Position numbers and translations under genes: made by a program. From assembly GCF_006345805.1 (NCBI RefSeq), contig NC_043008.1, positions 78,616,001 to 78,680,000 of the forward strand: DNA of 64,000 nt. The letters are read 5' to 3'. The notes beneath the pieces are model-generated. The model had not been told where the DNA came from, did no database searches, and was given only the letters and a program-made list of their open reading frames with translations. This stretch comes from Octopus sinensis (taxonomy: Eukaryota). Below, piece after piece: positions 53,751 to 64,000 of this stretch (positions are counted from its first letter, which is position 1; the number at the start of each line of letters is the position of its first letter).

Positions 53751-54897
53751 AGGAATCCTTATCAATCTTTGGAAACCCCCTCTCTCAATACATAAAAGAG
53801 AACTGGAAACGATTCTTGGACGATTGTTTTATTCTCTGGAATGAAAACACAGATAAACTCTTAAAATTTAAAAACCTATTGAACAGCATAAACCCAAATA
53901 TACAGTTCACAATGGAATACAACCAAAAGGAACTCCCGTTCTTGGATATACTAATTAAAAAAATTAACCTTAAAATAGAAACAGACATTTTCTACAAAGC
54001 CACAGACGCCAAACAATACCTTCTTTTTAGTTCATGCCACCCAAGACACACTAAAACAAACATCCCCTTCAACTTGCAAGAAGGATATGCACAATAGTGT
54101 CAGAACAAAACACCAGGAACTTCAGACTGCAAGAACTCAAAAACACCTTAATTGACAGACATTACCCAACTCAACTCATAGAGGATGGGATCAGACGTGC
54201 AACAGAAATCAACATAGAAACTTTAAGAAAAGTTCAACACAACAACACACCTTCCCCGAAAATACTACCTTACATATCTACATACAACCCCAGAAACAAA
54301 GAAGCTTTCACCATCATCACCCAGAATTTACCAATACTTCATAAAAACCCCAAATTAAAGGAAATTCTAAACATACACCAAATCATTAAAAGCTACAAAC
54401 AGCCTAAATCACTTAAAAAGATTCTCACAAAGGCAAAATTGTCTTCTAAAATTACGGATGCAAAAGTAAAAAAATGTGGTAGATCGAACTGTGCAACATG
54501 TCCTAACCTATTGGAAGGATCAGAATTCTTCTTTAAAGAGGGACAGAAATTCAAGATCAAATCTAACTTTACTTGTGCCTCTGAAAACATAATTTATGTC
54601 ATTAAATGCTCGGGCTGCCACCAAGACTACGTGGGGTCCACGGGACTATCACTCAGACGTAGATGCACACTGCATCAACAACAGATTGCATTCCCAGAAT
54701 ATAGAATGATACCTTTTAGTGAACACATTGAGAAATGCGCAAAGCAACTACAACCACAATTTTTAATCTTTCCATTTTACCAATGTGCTTTCGGATCATC
54801 ATCACAAATTAGACTAAATAAGGAAACATTCTTCATTGAAAAGTACAAACCCAGACTCAACTATCCGAACTCAATAATACAGAGAATTCACACTAAA
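53751..54897 (+). pseudogene. Mirror copy of the PLE-3 ORF with two 1-nt deletions
   Basis: Same peptide split into ORFs 53816-54097 and 54097-55005; frameshifts near 54073 and 54885. Confidence 0.8.
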
Positions 54898-55023
54898 GGA
54901 AAAAATGTTTTTAAGCGATTATCTCCCTTACACCAGAAGAAATCACTCACTACTTTCCCTTATTTAGAACTCTCCGTAGCAAAAATACAAGGATTACGTT
55001 ATTAAAAATAAACATTAAGTCAC

Positions 55024-55062
55024 AAGAAATTTGAAGAGCTAACTGCGAAACCGGTATTTCTT
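55024..55062 (+). ncRNA. Variant minimal HHR in the PLE-3 3' UTR (mirror at 52418-52456, minus)
   Basis: aagaaat-TTGAAGA-gc-taact-gc-GAAACCGGTA-tttctt; C3U core, palindromic ACCGGT. Confidence 0.55.
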
Positions 55063-55295
55063 TAAAAATTATAAAATTATGTCATTTTAAGGAGGGGAAA
55101 AAAATTTTTCCAATATTCTCCAGACATTTTGACGCAAATATATATATTTTTTAACATTTAAGCCTTCTGTCGTTTTTTCACTCTTTACTATTTTCTTATA
55201 TATTCACCCACGTGCTTTACCAAACAAACTTTCTTATCTATATATATATATATATATATACAGTGGTAAGATTGTAAATATATATGTATATACTA

Positions 55296-56670
55296 TCATC
55301 ATTTAACATCCGTTTTCCATACCAGCATGGATTGAACAGTTTGACAAGTTGACCAGCTGAAGGGCTGTTCAGGTTTCATGTCTTGTTTGGCATGGTTTCT
55401 ATGGTTGGATGCCCTTCCTAATACCAACCACTGTACAGAGTGTATTGGTTGCTATTACACAGCACTTATGAGCCCACAAGATTAGGGATGCTCTGCTGGA
55501 GATGGTTGCAAGGAATGAGCCTGGACACAAGGGCAACCACGCTTTTACTCAGCTTGGTGTGTCGTTTGTCCCACATCTTCCTGAGTCTACCCCTTCCACA
55601 TGTTCCTTCTACAATTAGAGATCAGTACCTCTTTATGCAATTGTTCTCACTCATATGCATTATATGGCCTTACCAGCGCAGTCTTCTCTCTTGCACACTA
55701 CATCAAATATTACATATACCTAGTTTTTCTCTCAAATCACTTATTTCTGTCATATGTGCACACTGACATCATCCATCCAGCAAAGCATACTGGCTTCATT
55801 TCTTTCAATTCTTCACATATCCTCAGTAGTCACAGCCCATGTAGCATAAATGTCTGTACACAAGCATCATACAACCTGCCTTTCACTCTGAGGAAGAGGC
55901 CCTTTGTTACCAACAGTAGTTCTCTGAACTTCGCCCAGCCTATTCTTATACTAGCAGCTATGCTTTTGGTACAACCACTCCACTACTAACTTGGTCACCC
56001 AAGTAACAGAAACTGTCTACTACTTTTAGGGATTCCACCTGCCATACAAAGGTGTTTATTTTTTTTAATTCCTGATGTTTAATGTACTTGTACATCTGCC
56101 ACAGGTAAAGATTACCCTCTCCATTAGTTGTCCAGTGATACCAATGCATCTCTTATGTGTCCATAGTTTGCACTGGGTACACCTAAGGGAGTTGCTCCCT
56201 GAAGGATTTTTTGATTTGTCTGTTTTCCAACTCATCAATACTTTGGTCTTTGCTACATTAACTCTAAGGCTTTGCTTCCATACCTGAAATTTCTTCTCTA
56301 GTTCTGGTAGTGATTCAGCAATAAGAACAAGGTTATCAGCATAGAGGAGCTCCCAGGGGTAGCCAATTGAATATTCTTCAGTTATAGCTTAGAGGACCAT
56401 GATCAATAAGAGGGGGATAATAACCAGCCCCTAGTGGACTCCTTGTACACTAAACTCCTTGCTATACTCATTGGTGACACTAACTTTACTAATGACATCC
56501 TTGTACATGGCTCGCACAGCTCTCACTAACTATTTATCTATCCCTAGCTGCTGCATTGTCCACCAGATAAGGGAGCAGGGAACCCTGTCAATGGTTTGCT
56601 CCATGTCAACAAAAGCCAGAAACAGAGGTTTATTTTTGGCCCAGTATATCTCCTGCAGTTACCTCACTGC
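55296..56670 (-). mobile_element. Older RTE LINE copy (RT to 3' tail)
   Basis: Decayed reverse-complement match to ~59490-61330 (ELLYADNL, VVDSFCYLGDQVS); (gat) tail at ~55296. Confidence 0.85.
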
Positions 56671-57640
56671 TATCTCCACATTTCTGCTACCTTTACATCC
56701 AACTTCGCTGCTGTCAACTACCTGAACACTACTCGTCCCCTTCTACTTGCTTGCAGAGGAAGTTTGAGAGGCAGCAACTTCCCTTTGGCCTTTTCTCTGG
56801 CTGCAGTTTCGAGCGATATGCCAAGTCTGCCTGCACCAGTAACAAACGGGACCAGGCTTCGTCTTTGTGCAGTCCCTTGCCATGTGTGCTCTATGGTAGT
56901 TTTTTTCTCCTCATTCTTTACTGGTCAGTGCACTACTTCACAGGCGTCCACAGCTGCCATTGCCACTGCCTCTGCCTGGTGTTTTGTCTCAACACATGGA
57001 CTTGAGCAATGAACTTGCTCATTGCCATTTTCTCGCTAAATGGCTATTGTTGCAGTTGCACCAATATCTCGCCGGGAAAGCCATTTACAAAGGGCAGTCA
57101 TGCCACCTTCTCTAGAGCCTCTCCAGTAGAACTGGATAGCATGGCCAGTCTCTGAACTTCTGTGGCATATTTGTCAAACTGTTCTCCAGTCCACCTGACT
57201 GTTCCCAGCTGAGCAAACACGGCATACATTCCCTCCATATAGGCTTCCCTCAAGTGCTGCTCAATCTTTGCCATGCTTGGTTGGTCTTCCTCATCTATCA
57301 TGAGGTACAACGCCAACACACTTCCCTCCAGGTACAGGGCCATAAGACCTGCTACATTGTTGATGCCTTGTAGCCTGGCCACCACCAGATCCAGGTGATT
57401 ACATTTCCTTCGCAATAGAAAGGTCTGACAGTATCACTACCAATTCTTATCTTCACTGCCATTTCATGGAAGGGGACAACATCAAAGGAAAAATATATTT
57501 ATATACGAGAGCTGAAACAGCTTGTGGTATGAGGTAACTGTAATGCAAGGAATAAAATATGGTTCACCAACCTCTCATTGTTGGCTGTCCAATTGTGTTA
57601 AGCCCAAACACATGCCCCACCCATCTCACCTAATGTTAGC
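56670..57640 (-). mobile_element. Gypsy-like gag fragment
   Basis: MAVKIRIGSDTVRPF.., LVVARLQGINNVAGLMALYLEG..LALYL, zinc knuckle CYWCRQTWHIARNC. Confidence 0.7.
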
Positions 57641-57871
57641 AACTGCTACTACCAATGCCCGCTAGCTCACTCCATTCCTGTCCATTCACCACGACTGCCC
57701 CAGGTCAAAAAAGGATGACTCTGATCTTGCTTCCCTCACTTCCTCTCTCCCCTTTCCTGTTCCAGTGGGACCCCTTGACCATTGACATCACAGCCCATTC
57801 CTTCCGGTTCATCTCGTTCCCATGCATCTTGGTGTCTGGTGAGAATGTAATCAATTTGGCTTGTGTGTGTA

Positions 57872-58265
57872 TAGGAGTGGCTGTGTGGTAAGAACCTTGC
57901 TTTCCAACCACATGGTTGCTTGTTCAGTCCCACTACATGGCACCTTGGACAGGTGTCTTCTACTATAGCTTCGAGCTGACCAAAACCTTGTGAGTGGATT
58001 TGGTAGACGGAAACTGAAAGAAACCTGTCGTATATATATATATGTGTGTATGTGTGTATTTGTGTGCCTGTATTTGTCCACCCACCATCGCTTTACAACC
58101 GATGTTGGTGTGTTTACATCACTGTAACTAGTGGTTTGGCAAAGGAGACGAATACAATAAGTACTAGGCTTACAAAGAATAAGTCCCGGGGTTGATTTTT
58201 CGACTGAAGACAGTGCTCTAGCATGGCTGTAGTCAAATGACTGAAACAAGTAACAGAATAAAGGA
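57872..58265 (+). mobile_element. tRNA-derived SINE, older copy
   Basis: Diverged match to 1763-2168. Confidence 0.85.
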
Positions 58266-58308
<43 letters not shown>

Positions 58309-58679
58309 TGTGTATATGTATATATAAATGTATGTGTATTTTTTGTGTAGAAATAACACGGAAGAAAGAAATAAATAGTTACCAGTGTAGCAAAAATTCA
58401 CATAAGTGCCAAGGATGTTACAGCCTACTTATAAAGGCAGAAATTCCAGGGTTTAGTGAAATGTTTTTAAATAACATAGATATTAAGAAATGGAGTTAAA
58501 CACAGGAGTTATTCACATCTTTATACTTCCGACAAATGTTTTGAAGAAAACATTGGTATTATTCCTGAAGGAATAAAATGATGTAAAACAATGTAATCAT
58601 CTTATCAGGGGTAAAAGAGAAACAAAACACATCAATAAACCATTTTAACCGAATGTGATTATTGTATATATGATGGTTC

Positions 58680-60754
58680 TTACCACCAAGGTTACGTGGT
58701 GGTGGAACAGTGTTGTAGACAGGGCTATTAGAGAAAAGAGACAGACTTGGAAACACTGGAAGAATGGTGGTAGCAGGGAATTGTATCAGACTGCTAAAAG
58801 GGAAGCTAGGAGACAGGTGTATTTAGCCAGAGGGGAAGCAGATAAGAAAAAATTTGCCAATGTTCTGCGCCATGAGGACCAAAGACTGGTGTTTCGCGTT
58901 GCAAGACAGTGTGTGAGAGAGAATTGTGATGTGGTAGGAGAGAAGTGTGCTCGCATGGAAGATGGTTCCCTTGCGCTAAATGAGGATGCAAAGAGAGAGG
59001 TTTGGAGACGCCACTATGAAAGGTTGCTGAATAAAGAAAATGAATGGGATAAAGAGAGTCTGCCGAATGTCAACCCAACAGAGGGACCAGCTATCAGAGT
59101 TGATAGTTCCTTGGTAGTTAAGGCAATTAGAAGCATGAAGACAGGGAAAGCCCCAGGCCCATCAAGTATCACTGCAGAGATGTTCAAAATATCTGGTAGT
59201 GTCGGCTATAGCCTAGTCACCCGTATAGTTAATCAGGTGATACACAAAGAAGTCATACCCAATGACTGGTGTAGCAGCATAATAGTCAACTGCTACAAAG
59301 GTAAAGGTGACGCCCTAGATACAAATAATTACAGAGGTATCAAGCTGTTGGATCAGGTGATGAAGGTTACAGAGAGGATCATAGCCCAACTAATTAGAGA
59401 GAGAGTTAGTTTAGATGAGATGCAGTTTGGGTTCGTGCCAGGGAAAAGTACCACTGATGCTATATTCCTGGTAAGGCAGCTGCAGGAGAAATACCTAGCC
59501 AAAGATAAGCTCCTGTACCTGGCTTTTGTTGACATGGAGAAAGCCTTCGACAGGGTCCCCCAATCCCTCATCTGGTGGTCAATGAGGAAACTAGGGATAG
59601 ATGAATGGTTAGTGAGAGCTGTGCGAGCCATGTACAGGGACGCTGCTAGTAAGGTGAGGGTTGGAAACGAGTACAGTGAAGAATTCTGGGTAGAGGTTGG
59701 GGTCCACCAAGGCTCAGTCCTCAGCCCCCTCCTATTTATCATAGTCCTCCAGGCAATAACAGAGGAATTCAAGACAGGATGCCCCTGGGAGCTCCTCTAT
59801 GCTGATGACCTTGCTCTAATTGCTGAGTCACTATCAGAACTGGAGGAGAAGTTTCAGGTGTGGAAGCAAGGTTTAGAATCGAAGGGCCTTAGAGTCAATC
59901 TAGCTAAAACCAAAGTCGTAATAAGTAGGAAGGTAGACAAATCACAAACGCCTTCAGGTAGATGGCTCTGCTCAATCTGTAGAAAAGGTGTAGGTAGAAA
60001 CTCTATAAGATGCACCAAGTGTAAGCTATGGACACATAAGAGGTGCAGCAATGTCAAAGGAAGGCTAACTAGGAAGATGGTTTTTGTATGTGGCAAATGC
60101 TCGGGAGCATTAACCTCTGAAAATCTGCAGAAAACAACTTCCGTCACTTTCCAGGGGGAAAAACTAGAAGTAGTTGATAGCTTCCGTTATCTTGGTGACC
60201 AAGTCAGTTGTTGGGGTGGGTGTGCTGAAAGTGTAACTGCTAGAGTAAGAATAGCCTGGGCAAAGTTTAGGGAGCTCTTACCTCTGCTGGTGACTAAAGG
60301 CCTCTCGCTCAGAGTAAAAGGCAGACTGTATGATGCATGTGTACGAACAGCCATGCTACATGGCAGTGAAACATGGGCCGTGACTGCTGAGGACATGCGT
60401 AAGCTCACGAGAAATGAAGCCAGTATGCTCCGATGGATGTGTAATGTCAGTGTGCATGCTCGACAGAGCGTTAGTACCCTGAGAGAAATGTTGGACCTAA
60501 AGAGCATCAGTTGTGGTGTGCAAGAGAGACGATTGCGCTGGTATGGTCATGTGGCGAGAATGGATGAAGATAGGTGTGTGAAAAAGTGCCAATCCCTAGC
60601 AGTGGAGGGAACCCGTGGAAGAGGTAGACCCAGGAAAACTTGGGACGAGGTGGTGAAGCACGACCATCGAACTTTAGGTCTCACTGAGGAAATGACCAGC
60701 GACCGAGACCTTTGGAAATATGCTGTGCGTGAAAAGACCAGGCAGGACAAGTAA
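58680..60754 (+). CDS. RTE reverse transcriptase (partial) with internal PHD-like C4HC3 finger
   Basis: NYRGIKLL, MQFGFVPGKST, FVDMEKAFDRV, GVHQGSVLSPLLF, LYADD, CSIC..CTKC..HKRC..CGKC, FRYLG, RRLRWYGHV, RGRPRKTW. The listed start at 58655 lies in the flanking PLE arm. Confidence 0.9.
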
Positions 60755-61330
60755 GTCCAGCCCACTTATGCATGCCTTTCCTCCCTTGGACACACAAAGA
60801 CCTGTTGAGGCAAGCAAAGTCAATATCGAACCTCATCCGACGACAGGTCTTGCTTGTGAAGACCTGTTGGGGCAAGTGAAATCGGAATCGAAATTGAACC
60901 AATCCTATGACTGGCACCCGGCAGATGCCAGGACCCCTGGACTGGAGATATGTAAAAAGCACTATCCGAATCGTGGCCGATGCCAGCACCGCCTTGACTG
61001 GCTTCCATGTCGGTGGCACGTAAAAACCATCATCCGCATCGTGGCCGAAGCCAGTGCCGCCTCGACTGGCTTCCGTGCAGGTGGCACGTAAAATGCACCA
61101 ATCCGACCGTGGCCAATGCCAGCCTCGCCTGGCACCAGTGCAGGTGGCATGTAAAAAGCACCCACTACACTCACGGAGTGGTTGGCGTTAGGAAGGGCAT
61201 CCAGCTGTAGAAACATTGCCAGATAAGACCGGAGCCTGGTGCAGCCTTCTGGCTTCCCAGATCCCCGGTCGAACCGTCCACCCATGCTAGTATGGAGATC
61301 AGACATTAAATGATGATGATGATGATGATG
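58680..61330 (+). mobile_element. Young 5'-truncated RTE-clade LINE
   Basis: Uninterrupted RT ORF, 3' UTR with ~68-nt tandem units (~60952-61160), (GAT)n tail; no APE domain retained. Confidence 0.92.
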
Positions 61331-61613
61331 GAAATGAAATGTAAGAAGACAGATAAGAGTTGAATTTTATAGGTTGGTAGAAACTATTTATAGGTACTAA
61401 ATGTATGCTTTTGCCAATGTTTGTAACAATAAACGATAAATTATCAACAATTAATTATCAGTTCACACCGAATTAGAATATAGTTTTCAAGCACCAAAAA
61501 CCTTTCATAAATCATCTCATCACATAACAATAAGTTGTTAAATACAAATCCACTTAATGAAATTAATAACATTGATATTAACATTAACCATTCTTTGAAC
61601 AATAATAACAATA

Positions 61614-62037
61614 CAGTTCTATATTTAAAAGATCAGGAATTATGTACATTATTTACATTATTTATAGTTGACGGATATTTCTCTTCATCTTGTTTGTTGT
61701 TAACACAATGTTTCAGCTGATATACCCTCCAGCCTTCATCAGGTGTTTTGGGAAAATTTTGAACCTGGGTTCTCATTCCTATGGTATTTTTTGATGTTAT
61801 TGTTATTATTATTATTATATTATTATTATTATTAAGGTCACTGCCTAGAATTGAACTCAGAATCTTGGGGTTAGTAGCCCGTACTCTTAACCACTACACC
61901 ATATGCCCAAGAGAGCCCAAGTTCAAAATTTCCCCAAGACACCTGATGAAGGCTGGAAGATATATCAGCTGAAACGTTGTGTTAACAACAAACAAGATGA
62001 GGACAAATATCCATCAAAAATAAATAATGTAAATAAT
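61614..62037 (-). mobile_element. tRNA-headed SINE with HHR tail and inverted 3'-end copy
   Basis: tRNA-like head 61908-61836 (TGGTGTAGTGG A box, GAGTTCAATTC B box), (TAA)n, HHR at 61746-61703. 61911-62037 is the reverse complement of 61648-61774. Confidence 0.75.
61939..61982 (+). ncRNA. Minimal type I HHR
   Basis: acac-CTGATGA-aggctg...cagct-GAAACGTT-gtgt; palindromic AACGTT stem III. Confidence 0.8.
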
Positions 62038-63164
62038 AACGATATTAGTATTTCTGATATAAATTTCAATCACATTCATTTCCTTAGCAGTAGTTCTAAG
62101 ACTAGAAACTCTATTTATCAATGTAAAATTACTTCCCGTTCTGATGTCTTTTTTTTACATAGGTAAAACATCTCAGTTGTCCAAAACAATATCTAACCAT
62201 TACTCTACATTTAGACATATCAATAAATGCAGCAATACTGGGCTTAGTAAATTAATTTGGTCTCTTAAGGAACATAATAAACAACTTGATTTGGAATGGA
62301 ATATTCTATCTAGATCCTTTCTGTATGATAAAGGTAAATCTTTTTGTCCGCTCTGTAACGAAGAACAGTATCTCATTTTGTTCTCAGAGAATTCTCTTGT
62401 AAACATGTTTAAAGAACATGTTTATTATTGCAAACATTGACAAAAACATACCTTTAGTTCCTATAAGTAATTTCTATCAAGCTATAAAATTTGACTTTTA
62501 TCTGTCTTCTTACATTTTATTTCCACTACATATATCTATTTACATGCTTTATTTCCACTCATCTTTATTTCCACTCATCTATCGCATTATATTTATCCAC
62601 TCTTAATTTTCCATTAATTTCTTTCTTTCTCCTCTTTTTCTTTCTCCAAATTGCCTTTGACATTAAATCTATTAACAGTTTTTTAAGAAATAACTGGCCA
62701 ATGTTCCCTTCATCATATACGCGGTAATCACATTCGGTTAAAATGGTTTATTGATGTGTTTTGTTTCTCTTTTTTCCCTGATCAGATGATTACATTGTTT
62801 TACATCATTTTATTCCCTCAGGAATAATACCAAGGTTTTCTTCGAAACATGTGTGGGAAGAATAAAAATTTGAATAGCACCTATGTTTAACTCCATTTTT
62901 AGATTTGTGTGTGTGTGTGGTGTCCCAGCATGGCCACAGCCTTAGCACTAAAATGCTTAAAAGACTATTGATCTGGGTAGTGTGCATAATATAATCGTTC
63001 TGGTTAGTATGTATGTATATATATATATGATACACATTATGTACAAGACATCACCAACAAGTGAAAAATACGTAAACACACACACATATACACATGCACA
63101 CATATATGTAGATAGACATACACATTTAGGGAACTATGGTTAACAATCAATTTCTCTAACACCT

Positions 63165-64000
63165 TCATCATCATCATCATTTAACGTCTGTTGTCCATGC
63201 TGACAAGGGTTGGACAGTTGACCAGGCTTGCACGCTGAAAGGCTGAACCAGACTCCAGTCTGATTTGGTGTGGTTTTCTACAATTCGATGCCCTTCCTAA
63301 TGCCAACCACTCTGAGGGTGTAATGGGTGCTTTACATACCACCAGCATGGGTACCATTTGCATAACACTGGTATCTGCCATGACTGCAATTTTGCACAGT
63401 TTCATGGCTCTACTTCTCAAGCACAACATAATGCCAAAGGTCTTGATCATTGCCTCCATGGGGCCCAACACTCGAAAGGAACTCAGCCCCTTTGCCTCCG
63501 TGAGGTCCAATGTGTGAAAGGAACTCAGCCACTTTACCTCTGTGAGGCCCAATGCTCAAACGGTGCTCTTAACATGCCACCAGCATGGGTGCCAGTTACG
63601 TGACATCAACATCAGTCATGACTATGCTTTCACTTGGCTTAACAGGTCTTCTCAAGCACAGTATATCACCAAAGGTTTGAGCCATTAGTTATTGCTTCTG
63701 TGAGGGTCAAAGTTCAAAGATCATGCTTCACCACTTCATCCCATGCCTTCCTGGGTTTACTTTACCTCTACCACAGGTTCCCTCCACAGTTAGAGATCGG
63801 CATTTCTTTACACAGCTATCCTTGTCCATATGTATTGCATGACCATACCAACATAGTTGTCTCTCTTGCACACCACATCTGATGCCTCTTATGCCTAATT
63901 TTTCCTCTCAAGATGCTTATACTCTGTTGAACATGCACACTAACATTGCACATCAAGCGAAGCATACTGACTTTATTTCTTTCAAGTCTAACCTTGTTTT
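63165..64000 (-). mobile_element. Older RTE LINE 3' part, continuing beyond the window
   Basis: (cat)n tail, gatgcccttcctaatgccaacc and RT C-terminal similarity to 60400-60750. Confidence 0.8.

Larger units (their letters stand above)
52281..55240. mobile_element. Penelope-like element 3 as a ~2.9-kb palindrome of two 5'-truncated copies head to head
   Basis: 52281-53731 is the reverse complement of 53751-55199, with a 19-nt spacer. Both outer ends abut (TA)n. Confidence 0.95.
58490..62900 (+). mobile_element. Old Penelope-like element 4 (body ~61435-62900) with an inverted 3' arm split by the RTE
   Basis: GIY-YIG ORF SIYQCKI..YIGKTS..SNHYSTF..CPLCNEE. 61330-61434 is the reverse complement of ~62420-62524, and 58490-58675 of ~62711-62900. 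Confidence 0.7.

Noticed and set aside
58655-58679. N-terminus MIIVYMMV of the 699-aa ORF as a real start
   Set aside because: It lies in the inverted PLE-4 arm; the LINE is 5'-truncated and lacks its endonuclease.
60952-61160. CRISPR-like array
   Set aside because: Degenerate ~68-nt tandem units in a LINE 3' UTR, with no unique spacers and no cas genes, in a eukaryotic context.
61836-61908. Functional tRNA gene
   Set aside because: The acceptor stem is imperfect and the sequence is embedded in a repeat with an HHR tail, so it is treated as a SINE head.

Overview
AT-rich, microsatellite-dense animal genomic DNA. The SINE and RTE repertoire suggests an octopus or other coleoid cephalopod (inference). 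One host gene runs on the minus strand: six phase-compatible GT-AG exons (49600 down to the stop at 5061) encode the C-terminal ~305 aa of a beta-lactamase-family serine hydrolase. Its 5' exons with the SxxK motif were not found and probably lie beyond 64000. Almost everything else is mobile DNA: tRNA-derived SINEs, RTE LINEs (one young, with a PHD-like finger inside the RT), a decayed Gypsy provirus, and Tc1, mariner, hAT-like and Chapaev3-like fossils. The most striking signal is a Penelope-like element (PLE) and hammerhead ribozyme (HHR) ecosystem. I read more than 15 type I HHR motifs, intact or decayed, from about a dozen families, most with self-complementary stem III. Four PLE insertions carry an inverted copy of their own 3' end, including a near-perfect 2.9-kb palindrome with a snap-back hairpin at its centre. 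Non-coding passengers share this fold-back signature: two ~0.5-kb retrozyme-like units and a tRNA-headed SINE with an HHR tail, which looks like a PLE-mobilised SINE. All alignments and folds were done by eye, so coordinates of decayed repeats are approximate.
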